DNA of 64,000 nt from contig NC_043002.1 of the NCBI RefSeq assembly GCF_006345805.1, forward strand, positions 34,720,001 through 34,784,000. Reading direction: 5' to 3'. Position 1 is the stretch's first letter; every line of letters starts with the position of its first letter. Both the position numbers and the translations under genes were made by a program. Origin of the DNA: Octopus sinensis (taxonomy: Eukaryota). Positions 38,942 to 51,850 of this stretch are shown in pieces. The notes below the pieces were generated by a model. It ran no database searches, had not been told where the DNA came from, and worked only from the letters and a program-made list of their open reading frames with translations.

Positions 38942-41589
38942 TCATCTATTTATAAAAGATCATAGATATAATGAAAAGAACAGTGAAGGAACAACAGCAA
39001 ATGCCTAAAAATGTAACTTCTGACAGACAGTAGTGAACTTACTATAAATACAGATTGACTTCATCAGTCGACTGTTCTTCCACAGATATGCAAAGACAGA
39101 GCCCTAATGTACATTCTAGGTGTGTAGAATAAATTGACATCATCTCTAATGAACTGAGAATTAAGTATTGGATTAAAAATAAATACAACATTGGTTTAAA
39201 TTTTGAAAAGAAAAAAAAATGCTTTAGAACATAATAAAAGACAAGAAAATCATACAATTACTTTCCCTCTCTTTGCAAAACCACATTTGGTGTTGTAACA
39301 GCTAAAAGTAAACTGTAACATGACATTAGAAATATATGATACAGTAACATCAAAGACAGGAGCAAACTTATGTAAATAAGAATCTTTATACAAATGGCAC
39401 ATATAGAGAGAAAAAGTGAGTTTTACATAATACTCTATTTACCTGATTGTTACAAGAGATTACAGGTGAAGAATAAGCTTTCTATTCCTATTTTCCCTAG
39501 TGGTATGATCTATAAAGGCAGACCAGTGACTTCAATGCTGAACATCTGGTACATCAGTGAAATGCTAAAGGTGAATGGGGTGGAGGTGGTGTCAATATTT
39601 ATTTGAATTACTAAAAGGAATATGTTTACAATAAGAATGTTGTATGTGTGTAAAGCTATTTGAGATTGTAGTTTTTAAAGAGGTTTTCAAGAAAAACTGA
39701 TAGCATGATTTAGGTAATGTGATAGTTTTTGAAAGTCTTATTTGGATCTAACAAATTCTAGAGAACATCAGCCACTATGATGAAAGTGGAAACAAAGTAA
39801 AAAACATCTCTTGCAGAAAATGAAACAAGTGAATCTGTGGGTCTCATGAATACTTCAATGGTGGAAGAGTCAAAGATCTTGGTGATTGGGGTAATAATGG
39901 CTGATAGCACATTCCTAACAATTGTCAAGATTTCAAGACAAATATACTTAACTCGACTTTTAGCTAAGCTAAATATCAGATACATGCTTTGGCTTATGTG
40001 AGAACCCATTATCAAAGATAAGGAGAGATTGTCACCTGGATAACTTATCATCTCTGTAATAACTTGTCTAAGCTTGTTCCATTCTTGACCATAATCTGAC
40101 AATTGGAGAATATTCAGGATATCAAGGCTGGTCACTAGAATTGATAGGCTAGTGATCGGCATTCAAGAACTGATTCTTTCCAACTTACAATCAGGATCTC
40201 TTCCAACCAACCAATTCCAAGCTGATAAGGAAGCAACTTAATCTAGAGCTAGACCTATAAACACTTGCACTTTTTTTCCTATTTTTTTGTAATAGTGTTG
40301 GTGGTAATTTATACATATTATTAATATTTGGTAGATTCATGTCATTCTCAACAGTGAACATTCAGCTGTTCAGCTGACTGAATTCCTACTCATGCAATTA
40401 ACATGAGTGGCAGAGTACTCAACAAACAGGTGTATCACCCTTAATCAGCATGACACAGTGAAACAGGGCAGGACTTTTGAATTACATACACAATCTAGAG
40501 AGAAAAAAAGAATCAAACACAGTAATATGCTGATATTTCATTGACCCCACAAAAGAATAACAGGCAAAATTGATCTCATGAGGAGTTTAACTTAGAATAC
40601 AGAGATCCAGAATAAATACCACAAGGTATTTTATCTGACTGCCAGTTCACCATCTTTACTAAAAAATTTCTTTCATCTTTTGTTTCTTTCTTTTAATCAT
40701 TATTATAAGCAGTTATCAATATGCTTTACTTTTTACCTTTAAGAGAGAGAGAGAGACACACACACACAGCCACTATGTGACTGCTCAACCTGCTAAAAAT
40801 GGTGACCAGATTTCCTAAAAATAGATCCTACTGTCTTGAAGAAAAAAAAACATCGGATAATTCAGTTCTATGTAAAAAGATGGGTTGATTATGGTTGGAA
40901 TAATTAATTATTGTAGATGTGTTCAATCAGGGAAGACATGCAATAAACAAAAATTTAATTGCTAACATTTTTCTTATTTCATTTTATTTTATAGTTTCCT
41001 CAAACATTATGAAGAAAAGGTTCAGTTTTGAAGCAAGGCAACTATCCACTGCTTACATATACAAGGAAAACTTTTGTTCCTTTGAAGTCTCCAAAACACT
41101 TCTAGTTTTAGCTTGTGTTTAGCTTCACTTAGTTTAGTGAGTACACATTTTCGTATCTGGTTTTCAATCTGAAGAACTAACAAATTTGTCATTTCATGAA
41201 TAGATCCTTGTGAATTCTATATCATTATGATTGACCATATCATAGTCAAACCTTTTACTTCAACCAAAACTCTTTGTCTTTTAAAATAGTAGAGAATGTT
41301 CAATAAGTCTACTGAACATCACATGCAATATTTACTCACCCCTCCTTCATGTTGGCTAATTATTTTCTTTTACAACTCTAAATGAAATGATTTTTATGTG
41401 CAACATCTTTGGGATGTTAAGTACATAGAAGCTAAGTAAAATATTTGCAATATGACTGAGGTATTACTGATGCCAAGAGAAAACATCATGAAGATGCTGC
41501 TGTGATGAGAAACTGATATTCATACAGTGCACAGAAATCACCTATGTACAGCAGAGATATTTCAGTTTTTTAGTACACAATTGTAACTG

Positions 41590-41820
41590 GTCAGTCGTAA
41601 CTGATGGTGGTCATAAATCAGTGATCACAAAAGCTTGTAGGTTACTGATAGAGTGTAAGGATAGTTGCTCGAATTGGCAGGTTATTGATGGTGTGTAAAG
41701 ATAGGCATAAGATTTGGTAGGTTAGTAATAGTAAGGATAGTCGCTAAAATTTGTAGATTAGTGATGGTGTGTAAGGATAGTTACTGGAATTTGAATGTTG
41801 GTGATGTTATGGACAGGTAG
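41590..41820. repeat. Degenerate minisatellite, unit about ggttattgatggtgtgtaaggatagttgct
   Basis: Repeated gatggtgtgtaa(g/a)gatag motifs. Confidence 0.65.
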
Positions 41821-44800
41821 TGAATTAATATAGGCAATCACCTGTAATACCACTTAAATGCCTCAATACCAGTTTTGTCAAGCTGTTTGCTCCCATTTAA
41901 GAATTCTACGTTCAGGGATCACACAAATGGAAAATAAAGCTATAAAATGTAAGCATATTTAAATATCTTTAACATTTCTACTACAATTATAAGATATACT
42001 TAGTATTTCTTAATACTAAATGGATGACGGATAACGCTATGAGCAAAAGATCCGATACCTACTGTTAGAAGCAAGATAGACTACTCAGACATTAAAATGC
42101 TTCCAGTGAGTTAAATTCAAAAACAACACGTATATAATACTTCAACTATGTTGCTATCTTAGAAATGGAAATACACAACACAGTCCATTTCAGCAATTTA
42201 ATGCTTAAATAAGTAACAAGGAATCTTCCAAATGTAATAACTTAGTATCTTTTTTTACTAGACATTCATAAAAATAAAAATCCCACACATAATTTGCCAC
42301 AGTCTGCTCATCTAGAAATAAATCAGAACAGATTTATGAAACAGCAAACCTTCCACCTAGGATACATACCAAGTGGAATCAGTTACAAATGAGGTTGTTG
42401 TAGAGTTGAAAAGAACCAATTAATTCACAGACATCGTAAATATTGACAGAATAATGAAAGGACTTGTTACAAACAAGTCAGTCTTTCCAAGATATGATTC
42501 TTAATTATAAAAAGAAAAAAGGCAAAGGAAAATTCTCATTGTACAATTAAATATTTAATGCCACAAAGAGTAACCAGCTGTAAAAATAATTGCACCAATA
42601 ATTCAGGTGCCAATAGTATCCAAATTTTCAGAATTCTTTTGGCTTTGCTAACTTCAGAAAATAGAAGTAAAAATATTACAAAATCAAAAAAGAGAAAAGA
42701 ATAATCTACAAGCTATTTTAGCAAATGATGTCCCTGTAGAAAAAACAAAACAGAAAGTGAGTAGGTTTAATGTCTAACAAACCTGTGAAGAGAGTTCTAG
42801 TTTATTTCTGTGGAGCTTCAGCACCTAATACCAGGTATTATGTACTCAGATAAGTAAATTTCTTTGTATGAAAAACTGATAGAAACAAGATTACACTTGC
42901 AAATAGGTGTTGAAATAACACTCACACTCTATATATGTATATATACATATCTACTTACATGTGTGCATGTGTGTGTGTATGCACACATACACTAGTGCCT
43001 GCATGTATAACAATTTATGTATTCTAATATAAACTGAAAAAGAAATAAAATTATAAGTGAAATGATATCTGTGGATATACAAGACTGTTGGTACACTTGC
43101 AACACTATTAGTATTCCCGTATAATACATATAGTGTTGGTGTACTGACACAGTCAAATGAGTAGTCCTGCTGATCCTACCATAGATGCACTGTCTAGTTG
43201 ACACCCCTGTTACCATTCTCAATATCAGAACTACTAAGTTTCATTTCATAAACATAATCATAGAAATTACATACCATCCCTCAATCTGAAGACTAGAACA
43301 TTTTGACCTTGATTTCTACATAATAGCACCTGGATCTCTTACTTTTTCTCAATATAAGACCTGAGTCACATTTTTCTTTCTTTCTCTATAGCAACATGTT
43401 AACCACCACATTCCTTTTTAGATTTGCAGATTCACAACAGTTTCCTCTGACTTATGTTATCTTATTGCAAAGCTACATGCTCTACCAGTTCTCTCATTTA
43501 TCCTAACTGCCCTCATCTTTACCATACATGCTATTTGTATTGATCTTGAACACAAAAACAACAAATTATAAGTTGGCAAGATGAAAAACATGAAATAAAA
43601 TCAAAAGCCATATATATAATTCTCAAACAGCAGTTAACCCTGATCTTAGCCAACTTTTTCCCCCACCAACCATCTTTTAAGGAAAGGAAAAAAGATTTTG
43701 TAATTCTTCCTCTGCCATGATGATGGATAAGTTTAAAAAGTTTATAATCATTTAAATTTTATTAAACATGGCAATTTGTCTGACCCTCTCCTTTTCAATC
43801 ATCATAACCCCTCCTTTCCAAATGAGAAACACTGATACAGTAGATTTAGAACCAAAGGCATTCAACTGTGACAATTCTGACTTGCTCCATGCATGATATA
43901 TTTGGTATTACTTTATCTAAATGAAAATAGGATGTCATTTAAAGATGATGTCAAACTACTACACAAACGTTCCTATGTGGGCTCAAGGTATATGACAATG
44001 CATTGTGAGATGATGTAGAGACTAACATTTTGCTCATAGCCTTTCAGAGAAGTTGACCTCAGCTAAATCTAAATTTAGAAACATTGTGTTGAATTCACCA
44101 CTCTAGGTCTAACTACAGTCATGTTAGTATACTTCAGAAATTGCCCCTTCTCTAAAGAACAATGGATAATTTCTAAAATTCCTTTTTAGATTTGCAGATC
44201 CATAACAGTTTCCTCTGACTTATGTTATCTTATTGCAGATTAAAAGTTATAAAATCTTCATTCTGTAAAACAGAACACACACACACATTCAAATTCTGTT
44301 TCTATGAAACACTCCAACTAGTAAAATAAACTGAATTCCTAAAAAGGCCACATGGTCATGCCACCTTTAGAAATTCAACAGTTAAAACACATTGCTAAAG
44401 CACTTGTCTTACCACTTAGTACTTGGCTATCAAGTGGGCAGCTGTGGGGGATTGCTTTCAATAACAAAGACTGGAAACACACCCATATAAAATCCATATG
44501 AATCAAGGATAAATATTGCTGAATTCTACTCACATCACATAAACAACATATAAGTGGGTTGGTGAGCTTTAAATTAAAACAGTGTTCTACTCTAAAGAAA
44601 TCTAACCAATTCTCAAGTCTGAAACTCCATAAATGAATAAGTTTCTTTATTAAGGAATTCAACTAATACTCCAGGGCCAGACGTTCATCCTTATCATTGC
44701 CAGTGAGTTATACTTGTAATACTGGTTGCCTGGGTCAGCCTAGCTAACAACAGGTTCCATTTGTTTTTGCAACAGAATGTTTACCAATGGAAATGGTATC

Positions 44801-45011
44801 TGCTGTCAATTATTCTAAAAATAAATGCAATTTCTCAAAATTCACAAATGCCATTATACTGTGCCAGAATAAGAATTACTGAAATAGTCAATTAAAAAAA
44901 ACTGATTTTTTTTTTTTTTCATTTATTTATGTCCAATGTTCTGTTTGTAAGGATTATAAGGAATCAATAAACTCGTTAAATAACATACAAAAAAAGAAAA
45001 TTCATGAATTC

Positions 45012-45185
45012 ACCCTTTAGCACTTAAACCAGTCATATATGGCCCAAATAGTCTACCTGTTTTATACTCAAACCTAGATTAGGCCTTTCACACTTACTCT
45101 ACAATGTCACTCTAAAAATATATAATCACATCATCAAAGTTTTGAAGCTACCAGGTAATATATTAATAATTCAAAACAATGACAC
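45012..45185. mobile_element. piggyBac-type MITE, family P3 partial copy
   Basis: ccctttagcacttaaacc...ataattcaaaacaatg aligns to 20503-20650. Confidence 0.6.
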
Positions 45186-45878
45186 TACTTAACCTTTGGA
45201 AGAGATGGTTGTAAATTGCCATTTATTACTTTCACTCCAGAATTGACAGGTTTTCTTTTTGATTTTACATGCTTTTTAGATATATACATGTAAACTTTTG
45301 ACTATACAACTGCTTCTTTTAAATGCCAGCACTAATAGAAAAGATTATAAAAATTAGCAGACAAATTCACAGATAAACGATATTATATTTATTATTATAA
45401 AATTAACAGTCAAATAGTGTAGTTGATTTCATTGTCTGTTTCCTCTCCCAAAATCTGTGGACAAATCCAGATGTTTGAAATTATTATTATTATTATTATT
45501 AAAGCCCTCATCAAGTTTTTCAAGTTTCACTTGAAAAGGAAGTTGAGAGTAGAGAAGGAAGTGTTGCCTTGTAGCAAGTTTGTTGAAAGGTGGGTGAATG
45601 CTGGAAGAATGGCCAGTGTGGAAGGACCAATTCTGAGTATGCACCTATAAACAAAAGAAGGGCTCTTGCCCTGTTGTTCAGGCACCCATGGCTTTTGTGG
45701 GTTTTTTCACAAGGTCCTTGAAGCACCTCCCCTATTGGGAGTTTTAAATTGTTTAATTTTTAATCGTTATATATATTGTTTACACATTGTAAAACCCATT
45801 GTATTGTTGTTATGTGTGTTTTAATGAAATTTTATGTAAGCCCTTGTCGCCAATAAATGAATTATTATTATTATTATT

Positions 45879-46290
45879 AAGATTAAGGTGGCAAGCTGGT
45901 AGAATCGTTAGCATGCCAGGTAAAATTCATAGCAGCATTTTGTGTCATTATATTCTAAGTTCAAATTCCATCAAGGTTGACTTTGCCTTTCATCCTTTCG
46001 GGGTCGATAAATTAAGTACCAGTGAAACACTGGGGTCCACGTAATCAACTAGTCCCCTCCCATCAAATCTGAAGCCTTGTGCCTCCAGTAGAAAGGATTA
46101 GGCATGCTGGCAGAATTGTTAGCACAATAGGAAAAATGCTTAGCGGTTTACAGTCTGACTTCAAATTCTGCCAAGATCAACTTTAACTTTCATCCTTTCA
46201 GAGTCATTAAAATTAGTACCAGTTGAGCACTAGGGTTGATGTTATTGACTTACCCTTTCCCCTAAAAGTGCTGGCCATGTGCCAAACTTT
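45879..46290 (+). mobile_element. Two tandem family C SINEs (about 45879-46090 and 46100-46290)
   Basis: Each has gctgg(t/c)agaat(c/t)gttagca...tcaaattc...tttcatcctttc...aaattagtacc. Confidence 0.85.
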
Positions 46291-46304
46291 GAAACCATTA
46301 TTTT

Positions 46305-46340
<36 letters not shown>

Positions 46341-46964
46341 CACTAAAAGCGGGTAGTGGATCGGAAGAGCATCAGGAAAATAAAGTATTTCTTCTAATCT
46401 TCTGTGTGTGATAAAATACCAGTCGTGTAACAGAATCACTTTAATCAACTAACTGCCATCTAACAAATTTCCAGCCTTTAATCTTTTATTCTATTAATGG
46501 TTTCAGTTGTAGGACTACGGCCATGCTGGAGCACCGCCTTATGCTTACATTAGAAATGATTATAGTTCAATAGGAGTATGTCATAACTGGTGAAGCCCTA
46601 CATAAAATTTTATGTGTTATTTAGTTACATCATTTTGTTACAAGTTCAGATCCTGTTAGATTCAAACTTTCATCCCTCATGTAGGACAATGCTGACAAAA
46701 TAATTACAAGTCCTAGGGTCAACTCCATTGACTAAATACTTTTTAATGATTTATGATCTGGTGGCATATTTATTAAAGTGAGCTGGATAGTGGTTGCTAG
46801 AGCTGCTTACAATAACTGTTAAATCTTCCTCAGAGCAAACCCTACCATCATAAAAAGAGGAAGGTACATTGAAAGATGTATTCTTACATATACAATGAAT
46901 GAACAACTGTGGGATCATCATGACAACTTTGGTAATAGGTTGCTCAATAATAAAGGACATACAT

Positions 46965-47165
46965 TAGAAATTAATATTGGTTTCAAATTTTGGCACAAGG
47001 TCAGCTTGTGTTCAGCTACTACTTACTTTATCAATCCCAAAAGGATGTAAAGCAAAGTTGCTCCCCCACTGGAATTTGAACTCAAAACATAAAGATAGAC
47101 GAAATGCCACTAAGCATTTCACACGGTGTGCTAACACTGCTGCCAGCTCGCCACCTTGCATTACA
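46965..47165 (-). mobile_element. Family C SINE
   Basis: ggcacaagg...aaaggatgtaaagcaaag...gaatttgaactcaaaac...gccagctcgccacctt. Confidence 0.8.
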
Positions 47166-47436
47166 AATTAATATTGAGGCAGAAGAGACTAAGTAGCTAA
47201 GATAGGAGGGTAAATCAATAAATATATTACAATTCCTGTAAGCTCTGAACAAAATGTCCACTAGTAACTTTATCTTTCCCCCATCTTACCAATTTTTTAG
47301 AATGTTGTCCATAATTTGACAAATCAGTTAATTATATTCATCCCCTACACATGTTGTAGGTCTTGTGTCCAGGCAAAACTATACACTGCTTAGCAAAAGT
47401 AAAATTTGCCAAACTAAATTACAAATTATCAGCAAA

Positions 47437-47625
47437 TATTGGTTTCATATTTTGGCACAAGGCCAGCAATTTCAGAGGAGAGGGTAAATTGGTTATATTG
47501 ACCCCAGTACTCAACTGCTACTTATTTTATCAACCGCAAAAAGGATGAAAGGCAAAGTCAACCACAGTAGAATTTAAACTCAGAACATTAAGATGAATGA
47601 AAGGCCACTAAGAATTTGCCCAACA
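47437..47625 (-). mobile_element. Family C SINE, diverged
   Basis: ggcacaaggccagcaattt...aaaggatgaaaggcaaagtcaacc...gaatttaaactcagaac. Confidence 0.78.
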
Positions 47626-50600
47626 CCTACTGATTTTGTCCCCAATAAATAAATAAAACCCTAATGCAATGTTTGAGAAAGGATAAATTTATGCAAATTC
47701 ATATTAACTCCTAAAGAATTTATAATATTGACATCAATTTTATGGATTAGGAACTTCTAAATAAATTATTTTAGCTGTATTAGTTTCATGACGAAATATT
47801 ATAAGGAATCACTCATCATCAACCGATTATAACTTGCACTTGTATCAAGCACAGTAGCTTACAACACATCCCATTGCATCATTGGTGACCCAAGTTCATC
47901 AGCAGTCACAGCCCCACAGTTCTTGATCGTGATTTTGGAAAGACACCCATTAATTCATCCACCTTGGTTTTTAGATGATGTACTGGCTGGTGAGCAACTT
48001 TGAGTATCTCAGACAAACTATACTAAACAAACTGTAGCAGTCTTCCTGCTATCTTGTTGGTCAACTACTGAGGTCACCATACAGTTGCTTGTTGGTCACT
48101 TTCTACATCCATCTGAATATAAAGGAACATCCAGAGAATCCAAGTGCAGCATCCAACAACACAAATCCCAAAGAAAAATAATTCAAACCACATAGGTACT
48201 TTGGAATTGGCCTGAAATTTTTCACTAAATACTTCAAAAACAGGAAATTGTTTGTTCCACATTAACCTTGATCCACTAGATTTATGATCAAGTCTTTTAT
48301 CTAAACACAGCTTATCAAAAACTACAGTATCTACTTTACCCTTCTTTTTTTTTTAAATGATAGGATAAGATTTGAGGGAGATATGGCTATGATCTCTGGC
48401 GAGTTGAACAACCATGTAGAAGCTCCCTTGACTCAAAATAATTACAATTTTTAATCAATTTTATTAAGTGATATTATATTAAACTTGTAGTTTCACTTTC
48501 CTTAAAAACCAGAAAGCACTAGATCTTAAAACATAGTTGACAGCACTTAGAAGCAGACACAGACATGGAAGTAAGATGACTAGTTCTGATTAGCTCATCA
48601 CAAATTCTTTTAGTTAGAGAATAATTTTAGAGTATTCCTCTTGATTCACCTTTCCACCTTCAGTACTCATTACTCATTTCCTTCAACATCTACTGATGTT
48701 TGCCCGATGTAACATTAATGGTAATCTTTAGTTTTCCCAAATCCTTTTGGTTCAGTTTATAGGGCTTTTTTATGTTCTCTTCATTGTTGTGATCAAATAC
48801 GTGTAGTCTTTATATTAACTTTCAATGATACATATGATTCCCATGACAAGACCAGTGCAACTGCTGTCACCAAATGTGATCATTCTTCAGCGGGTTAATC
48901 CTGGATATTCTGAAGATTCAACATATCTTGACAGCAATGTGGATTAACCATCTTTAAAAAAAACTTCCAACATATCCAAACACTCAAAAGTAATGACCAT
49001 AATACCATACAATACAGGCATCAGACAGATTGGTAAATGAAGATTTTGGGGTGTAACGAGATGTTCTGTAGTTACCAAACACACTGAGGATGTTAGATCA
49101 ATACTGTTATAAACATAATGAAGCAGGAATTTTATGCACATCTTTACAACATAGTAGGTAAAGACAGAAAAACTTAATAGGTTACATTAAATAATGGTGC
49201 TGTTAATAGGAGTCAAGACTGATGGGTAGAGCAAAGAGAAATGACTGGAGCAATTGAACAGAGGATAAACCTATAACTGTTTTATTCCAACAAAGCAATA
49301 CAACATAATTAGTTGGTATAGACACAGCCTAGGATGGGTTGTGTGGTTGATGGAAATGGCATCAACCCAGCCTTACAGAAACAAAAATGTGGTTTTTCAA
49401 AAAGCCGTCGAAAATGAAGACGTATAAAAAAATTATAAATATTCATAAATATGTAACTAGCATGTGATATGAAAATATGGAATTATTTAATGAAATGGGA
49501 CTGAAATAGAACTTCCTTTCAGTCCATGAATCTTGTTAAAATAACTTTAAATTAGCACATATCATGAGTGTTATAAGACATTAATAGTTTATCTTGAAAT
49601 ATCTGGGAATCTGTAATCTTTAAAATATTTTAAGAAAATATGTTCATAAGAAATATGACCCTCGTGGAAATTACAACAGAAATTCTGTAAGTTGATTCTG
49701 GTTTCTATTTCCATCTTCATTCTTTTAGAAACCGTCTTTTTAATTAATACAACGTCTCTCTCTCTCTCTCACTCACACACACAGCCAGCCACCCTTAATT
49801 CTTTTAACCAGCATCTAACACACAAGTACAGTCAGATAGGTGGTGAATTTATCAAAGCAGACTTCCTACTGAAACTAAACCGTAAAAACCAGATATAGAG
49901 ATGTATAAATATAACGAAAAGGGTGAGATTTAAAGAAAAAATATTCCACCCCGGTAATGTAGGCAGTTTGGGCGAAGTTTCAGGTGGAACTGAAGTAACA
50001 TGATCTGCAAAGTTAGGTGTTCTACTTTAGAGACTTTAACATAGGCACGGCGCCAATTTTACAGGGGACGTAGAAGAGCCGAGTGAATCAACCTGAATAT
50101 ATAACTGGTACTACAATATGAGTAGCCTTTGGTCCACTGAATGTAACCACAGATAATGCGGAGGTTGGACTAAAGTAAAAGGCGGGGAATAACAGCATAA
50201 TAATACCATTCTCGCTTCAAGAGATGCGTTTAATTTCAGATTATAGAGATGAACAAATAATTTCCTCAAATCCTACAACATCCTATTTTCTAGGCCATTT
50301 TCAGGGTAAAATTTTGAAACAACTTCCTATTATAGACAGAAGAGAAAGTGGAAGCTTGTACCAAGAAGGGAGGGGGGAACTTCGCTGTTAAAAAGTAAAC
50401 AAAGTAGTTACATCAAGTTTATTCTTCCTTCCTTGTATTTTCTCTCTCTCTGTTTATCTTACAAACTCTGTATCTATATTTATCTTTCGAACACAAACTA
50501 TTCTTTAACAATTCTTCTCTTCTTTCTTATGTCTTTCTTTCTCAGAAAGACCAGAATATTAAGGACCATTAATCAAACAGATATAATTAATAATTTAATA

Positions 50601-50999
50601 AGTATGACAAGACGGTAGAAAGCAACAACAGTGATGATAACGTGCTTGGAACAAACTACCTTATATCTTCGTTCTATATGAGTGAAAAAAAATGAAGAGG
50701 AGAGGGAGATAGTAGAGAGATGTGTGAGAATCACATATCTCTCAACACAACCACACCATTCTTTCCCTCTGACAATACCATTCTATTACAGCAGAACTGG
50801 CAAAACGAACCTTTCTCTATTGAGTGATATTAATTCAACTGCGACAGTTAGAAATGGACAAACATTCTCAGATTTCTTCTGCCAATGCACATGTGTCAAA
50901 TTATAAAATCAAAGAGAAGGGTTTCGATTCATTCTCCCAGCACCACACACTATCACACACGCGAATGTATATCGCCTGCAAAATACAATAATGACTTAC

Positions 51000-51164
51000 C
51001 TTCTCTAACTTTTCAAAATAATCCCTTAGAAACGGTACTGGATTATCAGGCCGACTGATACACAACTGTACAATGCAATCCTTGAGAATTTGCTGTATGT
51101 TGTGTCGTTGTACATAGACTTCACACTCACGGAGACTCTGTTCATCGTCTGCACTGGCCGCCAT
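51000..51164 (-). CDS. PRKAR1: First coding exon (55 codons) of cAMP-dependent protein kinase type I regulatory subunit; RI dimerization/docking domain
   Basis: Translation [55 protein letters not shown] closely matches the RI D/D domain pattern (SLRECE.YVQ.HNIQ..LKD.IVQLC..RP..P..FLR.YFE.LEK, both RI cysteines present). ATG context is strong (AAGATGG). The exon ends AAG|GTAAGT, phase 0, where vertebrate PRKAR1A has an intron after LEK. The ORF-track extension to 50901 is intron read-through. Confidence 0.96.
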
Positions 51165-51168
51165 CTTG
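51157..51168 (-). promoter_or_regulatory. YY1-type motif CAAGATGGCGGC overlapping the start codon
   Basis: The + strand reads GCCGCCATCTTG, the YY1 consensus. It coincides with the Kozak context, so DNA-binding function cannot be separated from the translational signal. Confidence 0.4.
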
Positions 51169-51324
51169 GCACACCATATGTGATTTCACCAAGCTGCCCA
51201 TATAACCTTGCCTCTGGTTGGCTTGCTTTAAAAACGGTTCGTCACAACCAACCAACCAGCAATTCGCTGTTAGCAAGTTATAGGCAGAATTCGTTCAGGC
51301 GTTACTTTCGCTGAGACATGCTGT

Positions 51325-51400
51325 GTTTACATCGCTCTCTTACTCACTCTCTCTCTCTCACACACGCACACACATATACATACATACACACACACACACA
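51325..51400. repeat. Compound (CT)n/(CA)n microsatellite just upstream of the PKA-RI 5' leader
   Basis: ctctctctctctcacacacgcacacacatatacatacatacacacacacacaca read directly. Confidence 0.9.
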
Positions 51401-51640
51401 GAAGGTGCGAGCGTTCAAATTCCACTAGTTGCAACTGCATATCAAGTTGTTAACTTGCAAGCGACAAAACTTCATATTTTCTCCTGCTACTTATAATCGA
51501 AGCGATTATATGCCTATGTATTTATTGTATAACTTCTTCATATAAATTTTAAAGTCATTGACATTGCCTTCCATTCCTCCGTGAGAGTGAAATAAAAAAA
51601 GGATTGAGATTTGGAATAGCTGTTCTTCGAAATCCCTTAC

Positions 51641-51850
51641 CTCGAGGAGTAAAAAAGAGGTTTTTGAGGTTTTTTTACCTCTCATTTTTTTTTTAGTGAC
51701 CCTATGTTTCATAAAACCGAAATTACAATTTTGAAAAAGAAAACTGAAAATTTCCAAAAATTTCAATTTTTTATATTTCTGGCTCCTAGATTTCATACCC
51801 TTTTCCTTTCCCATGAGACATGGGTCTTCGAGGAACAGCTATTATAAAAC
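51641..51850 (-). other. Candidate non-coding 5' exon (donor GAG|GTAAGG at 51641/51640; possible acceptor TTGCTAACAG|C at 51267/51266)
   Basis: Good donor consensus between the CRE and the ATG exon. Vertebrate PRKAR1A has non-coding first exons. The 5' boundary is a guess. Confidence 0.35.

Larger units (their letters stand above)
1..50999 (-). other. Large intron of the PKA-RI gene following the D/D exon; next exon not found in window
   Basis: GTAAGT donor at 50999-50994 (minus). By eye I found no linker/RRGAISAE or cyclic-nucleotide-binding exon in 1-50999, and the region is filled with repeats. A small exon could have been missed. Confidence 0.7.

Noticed and set aside
39043-39153. 111-nt segment with CAG acceptor and ATA|GTAAGT donor on the minus strand
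   Set aside because: It has a stop in phase 0 (the phase required after the D/D exon), and the open frame has no similarity to PKA-R; likely chance sites.
39758-40200. 134-aa minus ORF starting MPITSLSIL, faintly like the LINE YRPISL motif
   Set aside because: Downstream RT motifs (QHGF, KAFD) are not recognisable; too weak to call by eye.
41332-41350. ATGAAGGAGGG|GTGAGT mini first-exon candidate (minus)
   Set aside because: It would be phase 2, incompatible with the phase-0 junction, and has no promoter-like CpG context.
47850-49150. Possible decayed CR1-like LINE on the minus strand
   Set aside because: Only vague resemblance; I could not recover a diagnostic motif without alignment tools.
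50901-50999. C-terminal extension VSHYCILQ... of the 87-aa ORF
   Set aside because: It follows a consensus GTAAGT donor at the conserved intron position and has no RI similarity; this is intron read-through.
51843-51849. TATAAAA near the CRE
   Set aside because: It is on the + strand (wrong orientation for PKA-RI) and expected frequently by chance in AT-rich DNA.
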